This document shows positions 43,135 to 51,751 of a DNA stretch of 64,000 nt, piece after piece (position 1 is the first letter of the stretch; the number at the start of each line of letters is the position of its first letter). Source of the stretch: Gammaproteobacteria bacterium (GTDB lineage: Bacteria; Pseudomonadota; Gammaproteobacteria; WOZS01); assembly GCA_011620135.1 (NCBI GenBank), contig WOZS01000058.1:31534-95533 (forward strand). Direction: 5' to 3'. The notes below the pieces were generated by a model. That model did no database searches. It was not told the DNA's origin and saw only the letters and a program-made list of their open reading frames with translations. The translations under genes were made by a program, and so were the position numbers.

Positions 43135-43164
43135 ACCCTCACCCATGTTGGATAAGCCATCACC

Positions 43165-43950
43165 ATGAGCACTACCCAGCCATCCCCGGACCTGCACCTC
43201 CTGCACAACCGCATGGAGCGCATCGCCGTGTTGCGACGCTTATGTAAAGAACGCCGGGAGCTCTCCTGCGTGCTGCTGGATGATGAGGGTCGACCCCATG
43301 ATGACAAAATCTATCAAACCGTGATCACCGCCGTGGATGCGCAGGCCGGTCAGCTGCAGGTCAGCCCCCTCAATCCAGCCGAGGGACGGGCTGCGTTGTG
43401 CAATGGTGCCTTGTTGAGTTGTTCTGGCCAGCTGGAGCGCGAAACGATCTCTTTCACCACCAACTGGCTCAGGAACGTCGGTCTTCTCAGGGTTCACCAC
43501 GTCCTGGCTCTGCCGCATAGCATCTACTCCAGCGAATCGCGCCAGGCGGAACGTATCGAGGTGCCCAAGACGGTGCCCTCCAAGCTGGTTCTGCATGATG
43601 GTCCGCGACAGGTGGCCCAGGGCTGGGTTGCCGACATTTCCGCAGGTGGCGTCTCTGGCGTGGTGACCGCCATAGAGGATCTGGATTACCTTTTGGCCCC
43701 AGGTACCGAACTGTTCCCCTGTTCGCTTGAGATCAAGGGCTACCTGCAGTTGACTCAATGGCGACTGAGGCTGCGCTTGGTGCGCTGGAGGCAGCAGCGC
43801 GATTATCTGCTGGGAGGCGAATTCGTGCAGCTGACACCGCAAGCCCAACGCGATGTGGAGCTGGCAGTGGCCGAGCTGGAGCGCGTGCGCTTGGCACAGT
43901 TGGCGCAGATGCATGAAGAGCAATCCGGGCAGCAGTCCGGAGGGGGCTAA
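43165..43950 (+). CDS. PilZ-domain flagellar brake protein (YcgR/FlgZ-like)
   Basis: RQAER (RxxxR) and DISAGG (DxSxGG) c-di-GMP binding motifs with an N-terminal YcgR-like domain, between flgMN and fliC as in Pseudomonas flgZ. Confidence 0.7.
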   Translation: MSTTQPSPDLHLLHNRMERIAVLRRLCKERRELSCVLLDDEGRPHDDKIYQTVITAVDAQAGQLQVSPLNPAEGRAALCNGALLSCSGQLERETISFTTNWLRNVGLLRVHHVLALPHSIYSSESRQAERIEVPKTVPSKLVLHDGPRQVAQGWVADISAGGVSGVVTAIEDLDYLLAPGTELFPCSLEIKGYLQLTQWRLRLRLVRWRQQRDYLLGGEFVQLTPQAQRDVELAVAELERVRLAQLAQMHEEQSGQQSGGG

Positions 43951-44085
43951 ACATCACGGCGGTATTGCCGCTCAATAAGCACGAGACATAGGTTTTGGGG
44001 GATCTCAGAAGCCCCATCTGAGCAATCGAGGCTACCAAAAGCTTGACTGCATTGTTTTTTATATCGAGCATCGAGCTTGATGTGT

Positions 44086-44114
44086 TAAGGAAAGTGTTAA
44101 GGAATGTATAAGGA
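44086..44114 (+). promoter_or_regulatory. three tandem TAAGGA motifs in the fliC 5' leader (candidate CsrA/RsmA sites)
   Basis: GTGTTAAGGAAA / GTGTTAAGGAAT / GTATAAGGAGAA repeat units at 44086-91, 44098-103 and 44109-14. The last overlaps the SD, 10 nt before the ATG. Confidence 0.3.
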
Positions 44115-44123
44115 GAAAGCAGT

Positions 44124-45263
44124 ATGATCGTTGTGAATACCAACCCAACATCGCTTCTGGCGCAAAACAATCTCACCCAAAGCACCAGTAGCCTGACCCA
44201 GGCCATCAACCGGCTCTCGTCTGGCTCGCGGATCAATAGCGCAGCCGATGATCCTGCCGGCCTTGCGGTGGCCTCGCCTCTGCAGTCCCGGGTGGCCGGC
44301 CTGTACCAGGCGAGCCGCAACGCATTGGAATCCACCAACGTGACCGACATCGCCGACAGCGCCCTCAGCGTGATGCAGGACAACCTTACCCGTATCCGCC
44401 AGATATCCGTACAGGCTGCCAACGGCATCTATAACAAGCAGAATCGTGCCAATCTCCAGCTCGAGGTGGATCAGCTGACCCAGGAAATCTCCCGCCTCGT
44501 CAAGAGCACCAACTACAACGGCTACCAGCTGTTAGGCTCCAAAAAGTCGCAGTTTACCTTCCAGATCGGTTCCGATGGCGATGGCTCCAAGACAGTCAGC
44601 TCGAGAAAGGCCGCCAAGGTGAACGGCAAGGACGCAATGACCCGGCAAGGCCCTTCGACCAAATACCAGGTCATCAACGGCGAGCGGTTGCGCCAATCTG
44701 CTGTGAGGCCTGCCGGGAATGCAACCAACACCATCACCTCAAGCTTCAATAAGCTGACGGGCAAGGGCAAGCATACGCCTGATTTCATCAGCAAACCCCT
44801 GAACATAGTGACAAACCTTACAAACAAAACATTGAATGTGACGGGGAAAGTCGGGAACGCTCTCACACTGGGCAGGGTCGAGGCCTTCGGCAACTTGGCG
44901 ACCAGGGCGCCAGCTGGCAAGGGGCTCAATACCTATGACGGCAATCTGGCTGCCACGGGCTCGCTCAGTGTCAAGACCCAGTCTGCGGCGCGGCAGACCA
45001 TCAAGGATGTCACCAGCGACGTCGATCTGGTCACCGCGACCCGCGCCCAGTTCGGTGCGTTGGCAAACCGCTTTGCGTATGTGCAGCGCACCAATGATGC
45101 GGCGTCCCAGGCCTCGGAGAGCTCCATCAGTCGCATCATGGATGCCGACTACGCTCGAGAGAGCGCCAACTATGCGTCTTCCCAGATCCGTCAGCAAGCA
45201 GGTGCCGCGGTGTTGGCCCAGGCTAACGCCATGCCGCAGATTGCGCTTACGCTGCTGCGGTAA
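44124..45263 (+). CDS. fliC: flagellin
   Basis: N-terminal NTNPTSLLAQNNL..LSSGSRINSAADDPAG and C-terminal ...QQAGAAVLAQANAMPQIALTLLR flagellin domains. AT-richer central variable region. Confidence 0.95.
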   Translation: MIVVNTNPTSLLAQNNLTQSTSSLTQAINRLSSGSRINSAADDPAGLAVASPLQSRVAGLYQASRNALESTNVTDIADSALSVMQDNLTRIRQISVQAANGIYNKQNRANLQLEVDQLTQEISRLVKSTNYNGYQLLGSKKSQFTFQIGSDGDGSKTVSSRKAAKVNGKDAMTRQGPSTKYQVINGERLRQSAVRPAGNATNTITSSFNKLTGKGKHTPDFISKPLNIVTNLTNKTLNVTGKVGNALTLGRVEAFGNLATRAPAGKGLNTYDGNLAATGSLSVKTQSAARQTIKDVTSDVDLVTATRAQFGALANRFAYVQRTNDAASQASESSISRIMDADYARESANYASSQIRQQAGAAVLAQANAMPQIALTLLR

Positions 45264-45276
45264 GGCCTTCATGTCC

Positions 45277-45308
45277 CCAGAACCGGCGTCTCCAGGCGCC
45301 GGTTCTGG
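45277..45308 (+). terminator. strong hairpin downstream of fliC (terminator candidate, weak U-tract)
   Basis: CCAGAACCGGCG-tctccagg-CGCCGGTTCTGG, a perfect 12-bp stem, 13 nt after the fliC stop. Confidence 0.45.
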
Positions 45309-45382
45309 CACGGGACAAGCCCAAAAAGCAAGAGCGAAAAGCGAAAAGGTGAGGGCGAGCAAGGGCAGGAGGGGATGACATC

Positions 45383-45838
45383 ATGGCTATTGATACAGCA
45401 GGCGTTACCGGGGGCCTGATGCAGGCGGCGGTGCAACAGCAGCGTCCTCGGGTGGGCGATGGTTCACAAGCTGCCGCAATGCCAAATCAGGGCGCAGGGA
45501 TGCTGTATGGAAGAGGTAGCCGGGATTCCCCGGCTCCTGCCATGCCGTCATGGTCCGCCAAGCTTGCGGTGGACCCCCAGCAGGAAATGGCGCAACTGCG
45601 CCAGCGTTTGGAGCAATGGGTGCAGGCCGTCATGACCAGCTCGGCGCGCGAGTTCAATTTCAGCAAGGATCAACTGACAGGCGAACTGGTGACCAGCGTT
45701 GTCAACCCCAAGACAGGCGAGCTGGTGCGCCAGGTGCCCAGTGCGATCGATCTGCAGGTGCAGTTTTGGTTGCAGAGGTTTTATGATGCCCATGACTCCA
45801 TGCAGGCACAGGGCGGAAATTTCAACGCCTTGGCCTGA
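45383..45838 (+). CDS. flaG: flagellar protein FlaG
   Basis: C-terminal REFNFSKDQLTGELVTSVVNPKTGELVRQVPS matches the FlaG family; position between fliC and fliD. Confidence 0.7.
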   Translation: MAIDTAGVTGGLMQAAVQQQRPRVGDGSQAAAMPNQGAGMLYGRGSRDSPAPAMPSWSAKLAVDPQQEMAQLRQRLEQWVQAVMTSSAREFNFSKDQLTGELVTSVVNPKTGELVRQVPSAIDLQVQFWLQRFYDAHDSMQAQGGNFNALA

Positions 45839-45903
45839 TGAACCAGAGAACGGGTTGCACGAGCTTTCAGTACATTTCAACACATATAAAAAAAGGGTGA
45901 GCC

Positions 45904-47712
45904 ATGGCCAGTACAAGTGGGATCTCAGGTGCAGGCGGGCTTGACATACCAGGGTTGGTCCAGTCCTCTACCACGGCTCAGCAGCAAAAGGTCAAGGCCA
46001 GTCAGGCCGATGCCACGCGGTACCAGGACCAGGTAGAGGGCTATAAGGAGCTGGACAAGGCGCTGAGCGCCTTGGACAAGGCCGCCTTGGATCTCAGTGC
46101 CAACGGAACGGTGTTGGCTGCCAACAGCAGCAAACCCGGCGTGGTGGGCGTCAAGGCCACAGGTGCCGGTGGTGACGTGGGCGTACATGAGGTCGACGTC
46201 CAGCAGGCCGCCACGTTTCATACCCTGGCCTCCAAGCCATTGAAGGATGGACTTATTCCCACCAAGCTTGCCGAGCCTGTCCGCGCTGAGGGTGATGGCG
46301 CCGGGAATCTTGGCGCCGCCCGGCAGAACTACCTGGAGGACCGCCTTGCGCAGGCACAGCAGCGTGCCCAGAAATCACCAGAGAAGGCTGCATCACCAAA
46401 GGAGAAGGAGCGGGTGGCACGTCTTCAGCAGAACCTGGACCAGGTCAAACAAAACCAGGAAAAACAGGATACGGCTACCAAGCCGCTGAAGGATGCCGGG
46501 GATCAGGTGAACAAGGCTCTTGAGCGCTTCAAACCAGCTGAGCCAAGGTTCGAGGGCCCATTGCGTCCCGGTACCCCATCTCCCGATCTGATCATGGGGC
46601 CTGGCGCGCTGTGGATCAGTGTGGGTGGCAAGGGTTTCCTGGTGAGTGTAACCCCTGCCGACATGACCCTTGGAGGGGTGAGTGACGCCATCAATAACGC
46701 CCAGGGCAACAAAGGTTCCAAGGGGGTCACAGCCAGCGTCGTCTATGGCACAGAAGGTGCTCGGCTGGTGCTGCGCGCCAACGAGGCAGGGGCTGATCGG
46801 GAGGTCAAGGTGCAGGCATTGGCTATCCCTGGTTCGGGATTGGCCATGCTGGACTCCCGCCGTATGGAAACCCTGAGCAAGGGCCAGGAGGCGCTTGCCA
46901 CGGTGGATGGCGTGGCGGTGAAGGGGCGCAGCAACACACTCAACAATGTCATCCCGGGGGTGACGCTGACCATTGCCGGCCCGGGCAATGCCACTGTCCA
47001 GGTTCAAGCCGATAGCGACAATGCCAAAAAAAGCCTGCAAGCTTTTGCCGATGCCTATAATGCCTACCGGATGACCATCGACCAACTTGATGCCGATGTG
47101 CTCAAGAATGATTTGACGCTCAGCACCGTACGCAACGATATCACCAATTCGCTGACCACCCCGCCCCCAGTTCAGAACCAGTTGACACAACTGCCGGGAC
47201 AGGTGGCCGGTGTGGTGGGCAGGATACCCGTGATCGGGCAACAGTTGGCTCCCACCATCGCTGCGATGCAGCCACCAGGTCAGAACTTGCAGCAGCGTCT
47301 CAGTCAGACTGACAGTCAGTTCCAATACCTGGCTGATATCGGGGTGACCCTGCAGAGGGATGGTACCATGAAGGTGGATCAGCAGGCCCTCGATGCTGCC
47401 TTGAGCAAAACCCCGGGTTCTGTCAACGCTCTGCTGACCGAACCTGTGACCAGCGCCGGTTCCCGTGTCGATCGCGCCATCAGGCAGCTGCGGGGCACCC
47501 AGGGGGTCGTGTACAACGCAGAGAACCAGCTCAAGGAGAATATAAGAACCAATCAGCAACAGGCTGAGCAGCTCAATCAGGATCTCAAGGACTCCCAAGA
47601 TTACTATACCAAGAAGTTCAGTGATCTCAATGGCACCCTGTCCCAGGCAAGCGCCACCAGCAACATGGTTGCCCAGCGCCTTGGTAGTGTGCCCGCGCCC
47701 GTTGCTGGATGA
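45904..47712 (+). CDS. fliD: flagellar filament cap protein FliD
   Basis: N-terminal SGAGGLDIPGLV...YKELDKALSAL and C-terminal coiled-coil; 602 aa. Confidence 0.85.
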   Translation: MASTSGISGAGGLDIPGLVQSSTTAQQQKVKASQADATRYQDQVEGYKELDKALSALDKAALDLSANGTVLAANSSKPGVVGVKATGAGGDVGVHEVDVQQAATFHTLASKPLKDGLIPTKLAEPVRAEGDGAGNLGAARQNYLEDRLAQAQQRAQKSPEKAASPKEKERVARLQQNLDQVKQNQEKQDTATKPLKDAGDQVNKALERFKPAEPRFEGPLRPGTPSPDLIMGPGALWISVGGKGFLVSVTPADMTLGGVSDAINNAQGNKGSKGVTASVVYGTEGARLVLRANEAGADREVKVQALAIPGSGLAMLDSRRMETLSKGQEALATVDGVAVKGRSNTLNNVIPGVTLTIAGPGNATVQVQADSDNAKKSLQAFADAYNAYRMTIDQLDADVLKNDLTLSTVRNDITNSLTTPPPVQNQLTQLPGQVAGVVGRIPVIGQQLAPTIAAMQPPGQNLQQRLSQTDSQFQYLADIGVTLQRDGTMKVDQQALDAALSKTPGSVNALLTEPVTSAGSRVDRAIRQLRGTQGVVYNAENQLKENIRTNQQQAEQLNQDLKDSQDYYTKKFSDLNGTLSQASATSNMVAQRLGSVPAPVAG

Positions 47713-48140
47713 GCACAGATCCTGATGACCGAGGAAGAAGGCCCATGAGAGACGATGCCGCCCGCCAGGGCTACCTGGAGGCCAACCGGGATGCTCTTGC
47801 GGCCCAAGTGGATTCCCCTATACGCATTATACTGACGCTATTCAATGAGAGCCTTGCTGCCATAGCCAAGGCCCAGGCGGCATTACGCTGCGCCGATCGG
47901 GAAATTTTCAAGGAACAGGTGATCCGAAGCGTGACCATCATCGAAGGGCTGCGGATACATCTTGATTATGAGCGTGGTGGAGAGGTGGCAGTCAGCCTCG
48001 GTAAGGTCTATGACTGTGTGGTGGCGCGCCTTCTGGAGGCACACCGCTGCCGGGATAAAGCCCTGCTCCAGGAGGCTATCCAGTTGCTCGAGGTGGTTCG
48101 CGATGCCTGGGGTGAGCTCCTGCAAGCCACACAGACCTGA
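47709..48140 (+). CDS. fliS: flagellar export chaperone FliS
   Basis: Four-helix FliS pattern (..II.GL...LDYERGGEVA..L..VY.Y...RL..A). ATGA overlap with fliD. Confidence 0.85.
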   Translation: MSTDPDDRGRRPMRDDAARQGYLEANRDALAAQVDSPIRIILTLFNESLAAIAKAQAALRCADREIFKEQVIRSVTIIEGLRIHLDYERGGEVAVSLGKVYDCVVARLLEAHRCRDKALLQEAIQLLEVVRDAWGELLQATQT

Positions 48141-48159
48141 GGCGCGTTGCCACTGGCTG

Positions 48160-48462
48160 TTGCGTGCCGCCCGGGGGGCCCGGGAGGCCGCGCTGGATGG
48201 TCGGCTTGATGATGTACGGCTGCAGTGCATGGTGGTGCAACTGCTGCTGGTGCGGCTGGACCGCGGCCTCACTGGGCCATCCCCCATGCAAAGCCAGGCT
48301 CTGATCGAGGTTCATGAGATCATGTTGGCCGTTGAGGCCGCATTGGCGGCACAGCGCCTGGAGGTGCTCATGCGCCTGGAAGGTATTGCCTGTGCTGCAG
48401 AATATCATGATGCATTGCAGTCCAACCGGCGGCGTGCATCGCAGCCTGGCTTTTTAGTATGA
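48160..48462 (+). CDS. hypothetical helical protein in the fliT position (possible FliT-like chaperone, TTG start)
   Basis: In-frame open region after fliS with high-GC codon bias. About 100 aa, predicted all-helical. No ATG; TTG at 48160 or CTG at 48157. Confidence 0.3.
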   Translation: MRAARGAREAALDGRLDDVRLQCMVVQLLLVRLDRGLTGPSPMQSQALIEVHEIMLAVEAALAAQRLEVLMRLEGIACAAEYHDALQSNRRRASQPGFLV

Positions 48463-48492
48463 TGTACAGTAGGGTGCAGCAATGGAGCAGAC

Positions 48493-48798
48493 ATGGCACG
48501 GCAAGGAGTCCAGAAGAAGCCCATCGATATCGTGCTCGATGCGCAGTTGAGCATGGCCAGCGCGCGAGCCTTGAAGGAGCGCTTGCTCTATGGGTTGAAG
48601 CAGGGCTCGAAGGTGCGGCTGCAGGGGGAGCTCGTGGAGCGAATCGACACGGCCTGCGCCCAGGTGCTGGCCAGTTTTTTTCGAACAGCGCAACAAGAAG
48701 GACGGCCTGTGGCATGGCTTGGCGTGAGCCTCCCTCTGGAGCGTGCTCTCAATCGCGCCGGACTTGCTGACCTTCTCGAGCCCCGGGAAAGGCAATAA
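48493..48798 (+). CDS. STAS-domain protein (anti-sigma-factor antagonist-like)
   Basis: 101 aa, SpoIIAA-like pattern, directly upstream of cheA. Confidence 0.6.
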   Translation: MARQGVQKKPIDIVLDAQLSMASARALKERLLYGLKQGSKVRLQGELVERIDTACAQVLASFFRTAQQEGRPVAWLGVSLPLERALNRAGLADLLEPRERQ

Positions 48799-48907
48799 AG
48801 GAAATAGGTGTGGTGATAGGGGTTTTGACTGCCTTGGGGATTTGGGGCTGGCATGGGACACTGGGGTACGCATCAGCCGATGCCGATGAGCCGATGGATT
48901 GGTGTCT

Positions 48908-51100
48908 ATGAGTGATGATCTCAGCGAGTTTGTGGGCGAGTTTTTGGTCGAGGCCAGGGAAGGTCTGGAGCGTGCCGAGCAGAGTCTGCTGGCCTTTGAC
49001 CCGGCAGCTCCAGATAGCGCACTCATTCATACCATTTTTCGCGCCGTCCACTCCATCAAGGGTGCAGCCAAGATGTTCGGCTTCGAGGAGCTGGTGGAGT
49101 TCAGCCATCGTGTGGAAACCGAGCTTGACACATGGCGAAGCGGCGAACTGCGGGTCGAGGCGGATACCATAGCGCTCTTTCTGGAATGCGTCGATGCCAT
49201 TCGCGAGCAGCTTGACGCCATCGCCCAAAAGCAGCCCATCGACCATGCCAAGAGCCAAGAGCTCGAGAAGCGTCTTGATGCCTTGTCTGCCGGACCGGTT
49301 ATGTCTGCCGACCAGGATTCCGGGGCGCAGCCTGCGCCGCCAAGCGCTGCGCAAGCAGAAGATGCCACCAGGACGCTGCATATTGTCTTCACGCCGGATG
49401 CCGATCTCATGAGCCGCGGCCATGATCCCCTGCGCTACCTGGATGAGCTGGCCTGGCTGGGTGACCTGCAGGTTCAGGCCAGGCGTGATACCTTGCCCTC
49501 TTTGCAGGACCTCGATCCCGAACGCTGTTATCTGAGCTGGGAGATGACGCTGACCGGCCACGTGACCGAGGAGCAGGTCAAGCAGGTCTTTGCCAACCTG
49601 GATCAGGTGGGCGGGGTGCACATCGAGCAACAGTCCATAGCACCGGATCAACAGCACTTGGCAGGTGACACACAGGCCACCGCAGCATCCGCAATGACCA
49701 GGCCGCAAGAGGTGAAACCTCCAGCAGGCCGGCATGAACCTGCGGCACAAAAGGGACCGCCTGCTCCACAGGAGCAGTCACCAAAAAATCAGGCTGCTTC
49801 TCGCCCTGCTGCGGCACGTGCCGCGGAATCGGCTTCTGCCGAGAGCATACGGGTGAATGTGGACAAGATCGATACGCTGATCAATCTGGTGGGCGAGCTG
49901 GTGATTACCCGGGCCATGCTGGATCAGATCGGCGAGACCATCATGGCCCAATCGCAGCAGGGTCTGGAGCCAGAACTGCTGGAGCGCTTGCGGGAAGGTT
50001 TGAGCGAACTGGAGCGCAACACCAGGGATCTCCAGGACAACATCATGCGCATCCGCATGTTGCCCATCAGCATGGTATTCAATCGCCTGCCCCGGGTGCT
50101 GCGCGATATCACGGCTCAGTCCGGCAAGAAGGTCGAGCTGGAGATCGTCGGCGAGCACACCGAGGTGGATAAGACCGTGCTCGAGCATATTGCCGATCCC
50201 TTGATGCACCTGCTGCGCAACGCACTGGATCATGGTATCGAGACACCGGAACAACGCACAGCTGCGGGTAAGCCAGCAACCGGACACATCATGGTGCAGG
50301 CTGCCCATCGCGGTGGTCACTTCATCATCGAGCTGAGCGATGATGGCAGGGGTATCGATCGGGGCAAGGTGCTGAGACGGGCCAGGGAGCGGGGGCTTGT
50401 GGACCAGCATTCTGATGTGCTGAGCGATGAGCAGATGGTCCAGCTGATTTTCTCGCCAGGTTTTTCCACCGCAGATCAGGTGACGGAGGTTTCCGGTCGG
50501 GGCGTGGGTACTGATGTGGTGCAGCGGAATATCCAGACGCTCGGGGGCACCATTACAGTAACAACCAAGGAAGGACAAGGCACCCGGTTCATCATGCAGG
50601 TTCCCCTGACCCTGGCCATCATCGAGGGTCAGCTGGTGGAGATCGGTGCCGAGCGCTACGTGATCCCGTTGGTCTCCATTATGGAATCGGTGCAGATCAA
50701 GCCAGAATACCTCAAGAAGCTGGCCGGGCAATCCAGTCTCTATCTCTGGCGCGAGAGATATGTGCCCGTGATCCAGTTGGCTGACGTGTTTCCAGACGAA
50801 AAGATGAAAAGACAGGCGAAGGTCAGATCAACCATTGAGCAGGAGCATGATCTGCTGGTCATCCTGGAGGCCAATGGTGAATACCTCGGTTTGCGCGTCG
50901 ACGGCCTGCTCGGACAACAGCAGGCCGTGATCAAGAGCCTGGAGCGCAATTTCATGCGACTGACGGGTCTTTCCGGTGCTACCATTCTCAGTGATGGCTC
51001 GGTTGCCCTCATCCTTGATGTGGTGGGGCTGATGCGCCTGTCCAGACCTGAACGCAGCGCCCAGGGTATAGCGGTCGCCAAACCAAAACAGCAGGTATAG
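48908..51100 (+). CDS. cheA: chemotaxis histidine kinase CheA
   Basis: Hpt HSIKG, dimerization, HATPase (G1/G2 boxes) and CheW-like C-terminal domains. Confidence 0.95.
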   Translation: MSDDLSEFVGEFLVEAREGLERAEQSLLAFDPAAPDSALIHTIFRAVHSIKGAAKMFGFEELVEFSHRVETELDTWRSGELRVEADTIALFLECVDAIREQLDAIAQKQPIDHAKSQELEKRLDALSAGPVMSADQDSGAQPAPPSAAQAEDATRTLHIVFTPDADLMSRGHDPLRYLDELAWLGDLQVQARRDTLPSLQDLDPERCYLSWEMTLTGHVTEEQVKQVFANLDQVGGVHIEQQSIAPDQQHLAGDTQATAASAMTRPQEVKPPAGRHEPAAQKGPPAPQEQSPKNQAASRPAAARAAESASAESIRVNVDKIDTLINLVGELVITRAMLDQIGETIMAQSQQGLEPELLERLREGLSELERNTRDLQDNIMRIRMLPISMVFNRLPRVLRDITAQSGKKVELEIVGEHTEVDKTVLEHIADPLMHLLRNALDHGIETPEQRTAAGKPATGHIMVQAAHRGGHFIIELSDDGRGIDRGKVLRRARERGLVDQHSDVLSDEQMVQLIFSPGFSTADQVTEVSGRGVGTDVVQRNIQTLGGTITVTTKEGQGTRFIMQVPLTLAIIEGQLVEIGAERYVIPLVSIMESVQIKPEYLKKLAGQSSLYLWRERYVPVIQLADVFPDEKMKRQAKVRSTIEQEHDLLVILEANGEYLGLRVDGLLGQQQAVIKSLERNFMRLTGLSGATILSDGSVALILDVVGLMRLSRPERSAQGIAVAKPKQQV

Positions 51101-51112
51101 ATAGAGGTCATC

Positions 51113-51748
51113 ATGAGCACGACAGCTGAAACCCTGGGCATCAATCTTGCTGTGGATGCAGCCTCTGGCGTCAACCAATACCTGAGTTTCATCCTGGCCG
51201 ACGAGGAATATGGCGTGGAGATCCTGCGGGTGCGGGAGATCCGCATGTGGGAGAAACCGACGAAAATTCCCGGTACGCCGCGTTACGTGCTTGGCGTGAT
51301 CAATCTGCGCGGCCTGATCGTGCCCATCGTGGATCTGCGGCGCCGTTTTCGCATGCCCGCTGTGCCATACGATAACAATACGGTCATTGTCATACTCCAA
51401 GCCCTGGCGGCGGAACATGAGCGTACCCTCGGCATTGTGGTGGATCACGTATCCGATGTGTATAAGGTTAACGACAACGATATTCGCCCAGCACCCGACC
51501 TGGGCATCAACATCGATACAGCCTATATCCGCGGCCTTGCCACCATCAAGAAGAGCGCCGAAGCCGACGACAGGGAGGTTGGAGAAGAACACAGGCAGCA
51601 GGGTGACGTGATGCTGATCATCCTGGACATCGATCGCTTGCTTGATGTCAACGCCTTGATGGCGGACCAGCAAGGTACGGAAGCCGACAATGATCCAGCA
51701 GGGCCGGACAACTCGGAAAAAAAGGCATCGGCAAGCCCCACAGACTGA
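51113..51748 (+). CDS. cheW: chemotaxis coupling protein CheW (with acidic C-terminal tail)
   Basis: CheW domain about 160 aa plus a roughly 45-aa D/E-rich extension. Confidence 0.85.
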   Translation: MSTTAETLGINLAVDAASGVNQYLSFILADEEYGVEILRVREIRMWEKPTKIPGTPRYVLGVINLRGLIVPIVDLRRRFRMPAVPYDNNTVIVILQALAAEHERTLGIVVDHVSDVYKVNDNDIRPAPDLGINIDTAYIRGLATIKKSAEADDREVGEEHRQQGDVMLIILDIDRLLDVNALMADQQGTEADNDPAGPDNSEKKASASPTD

Positions 51749-51751
51749 TCT

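Noticed and set aside
43951-44085. Sigma-28 (TAAAGTTT-N11-GCCGATAA) promoter upstream of fliC and flgM
   Set aside because: Only weak partial matches (for example AAAAGCTT...), so not reportable as a feature without a computed motif score.
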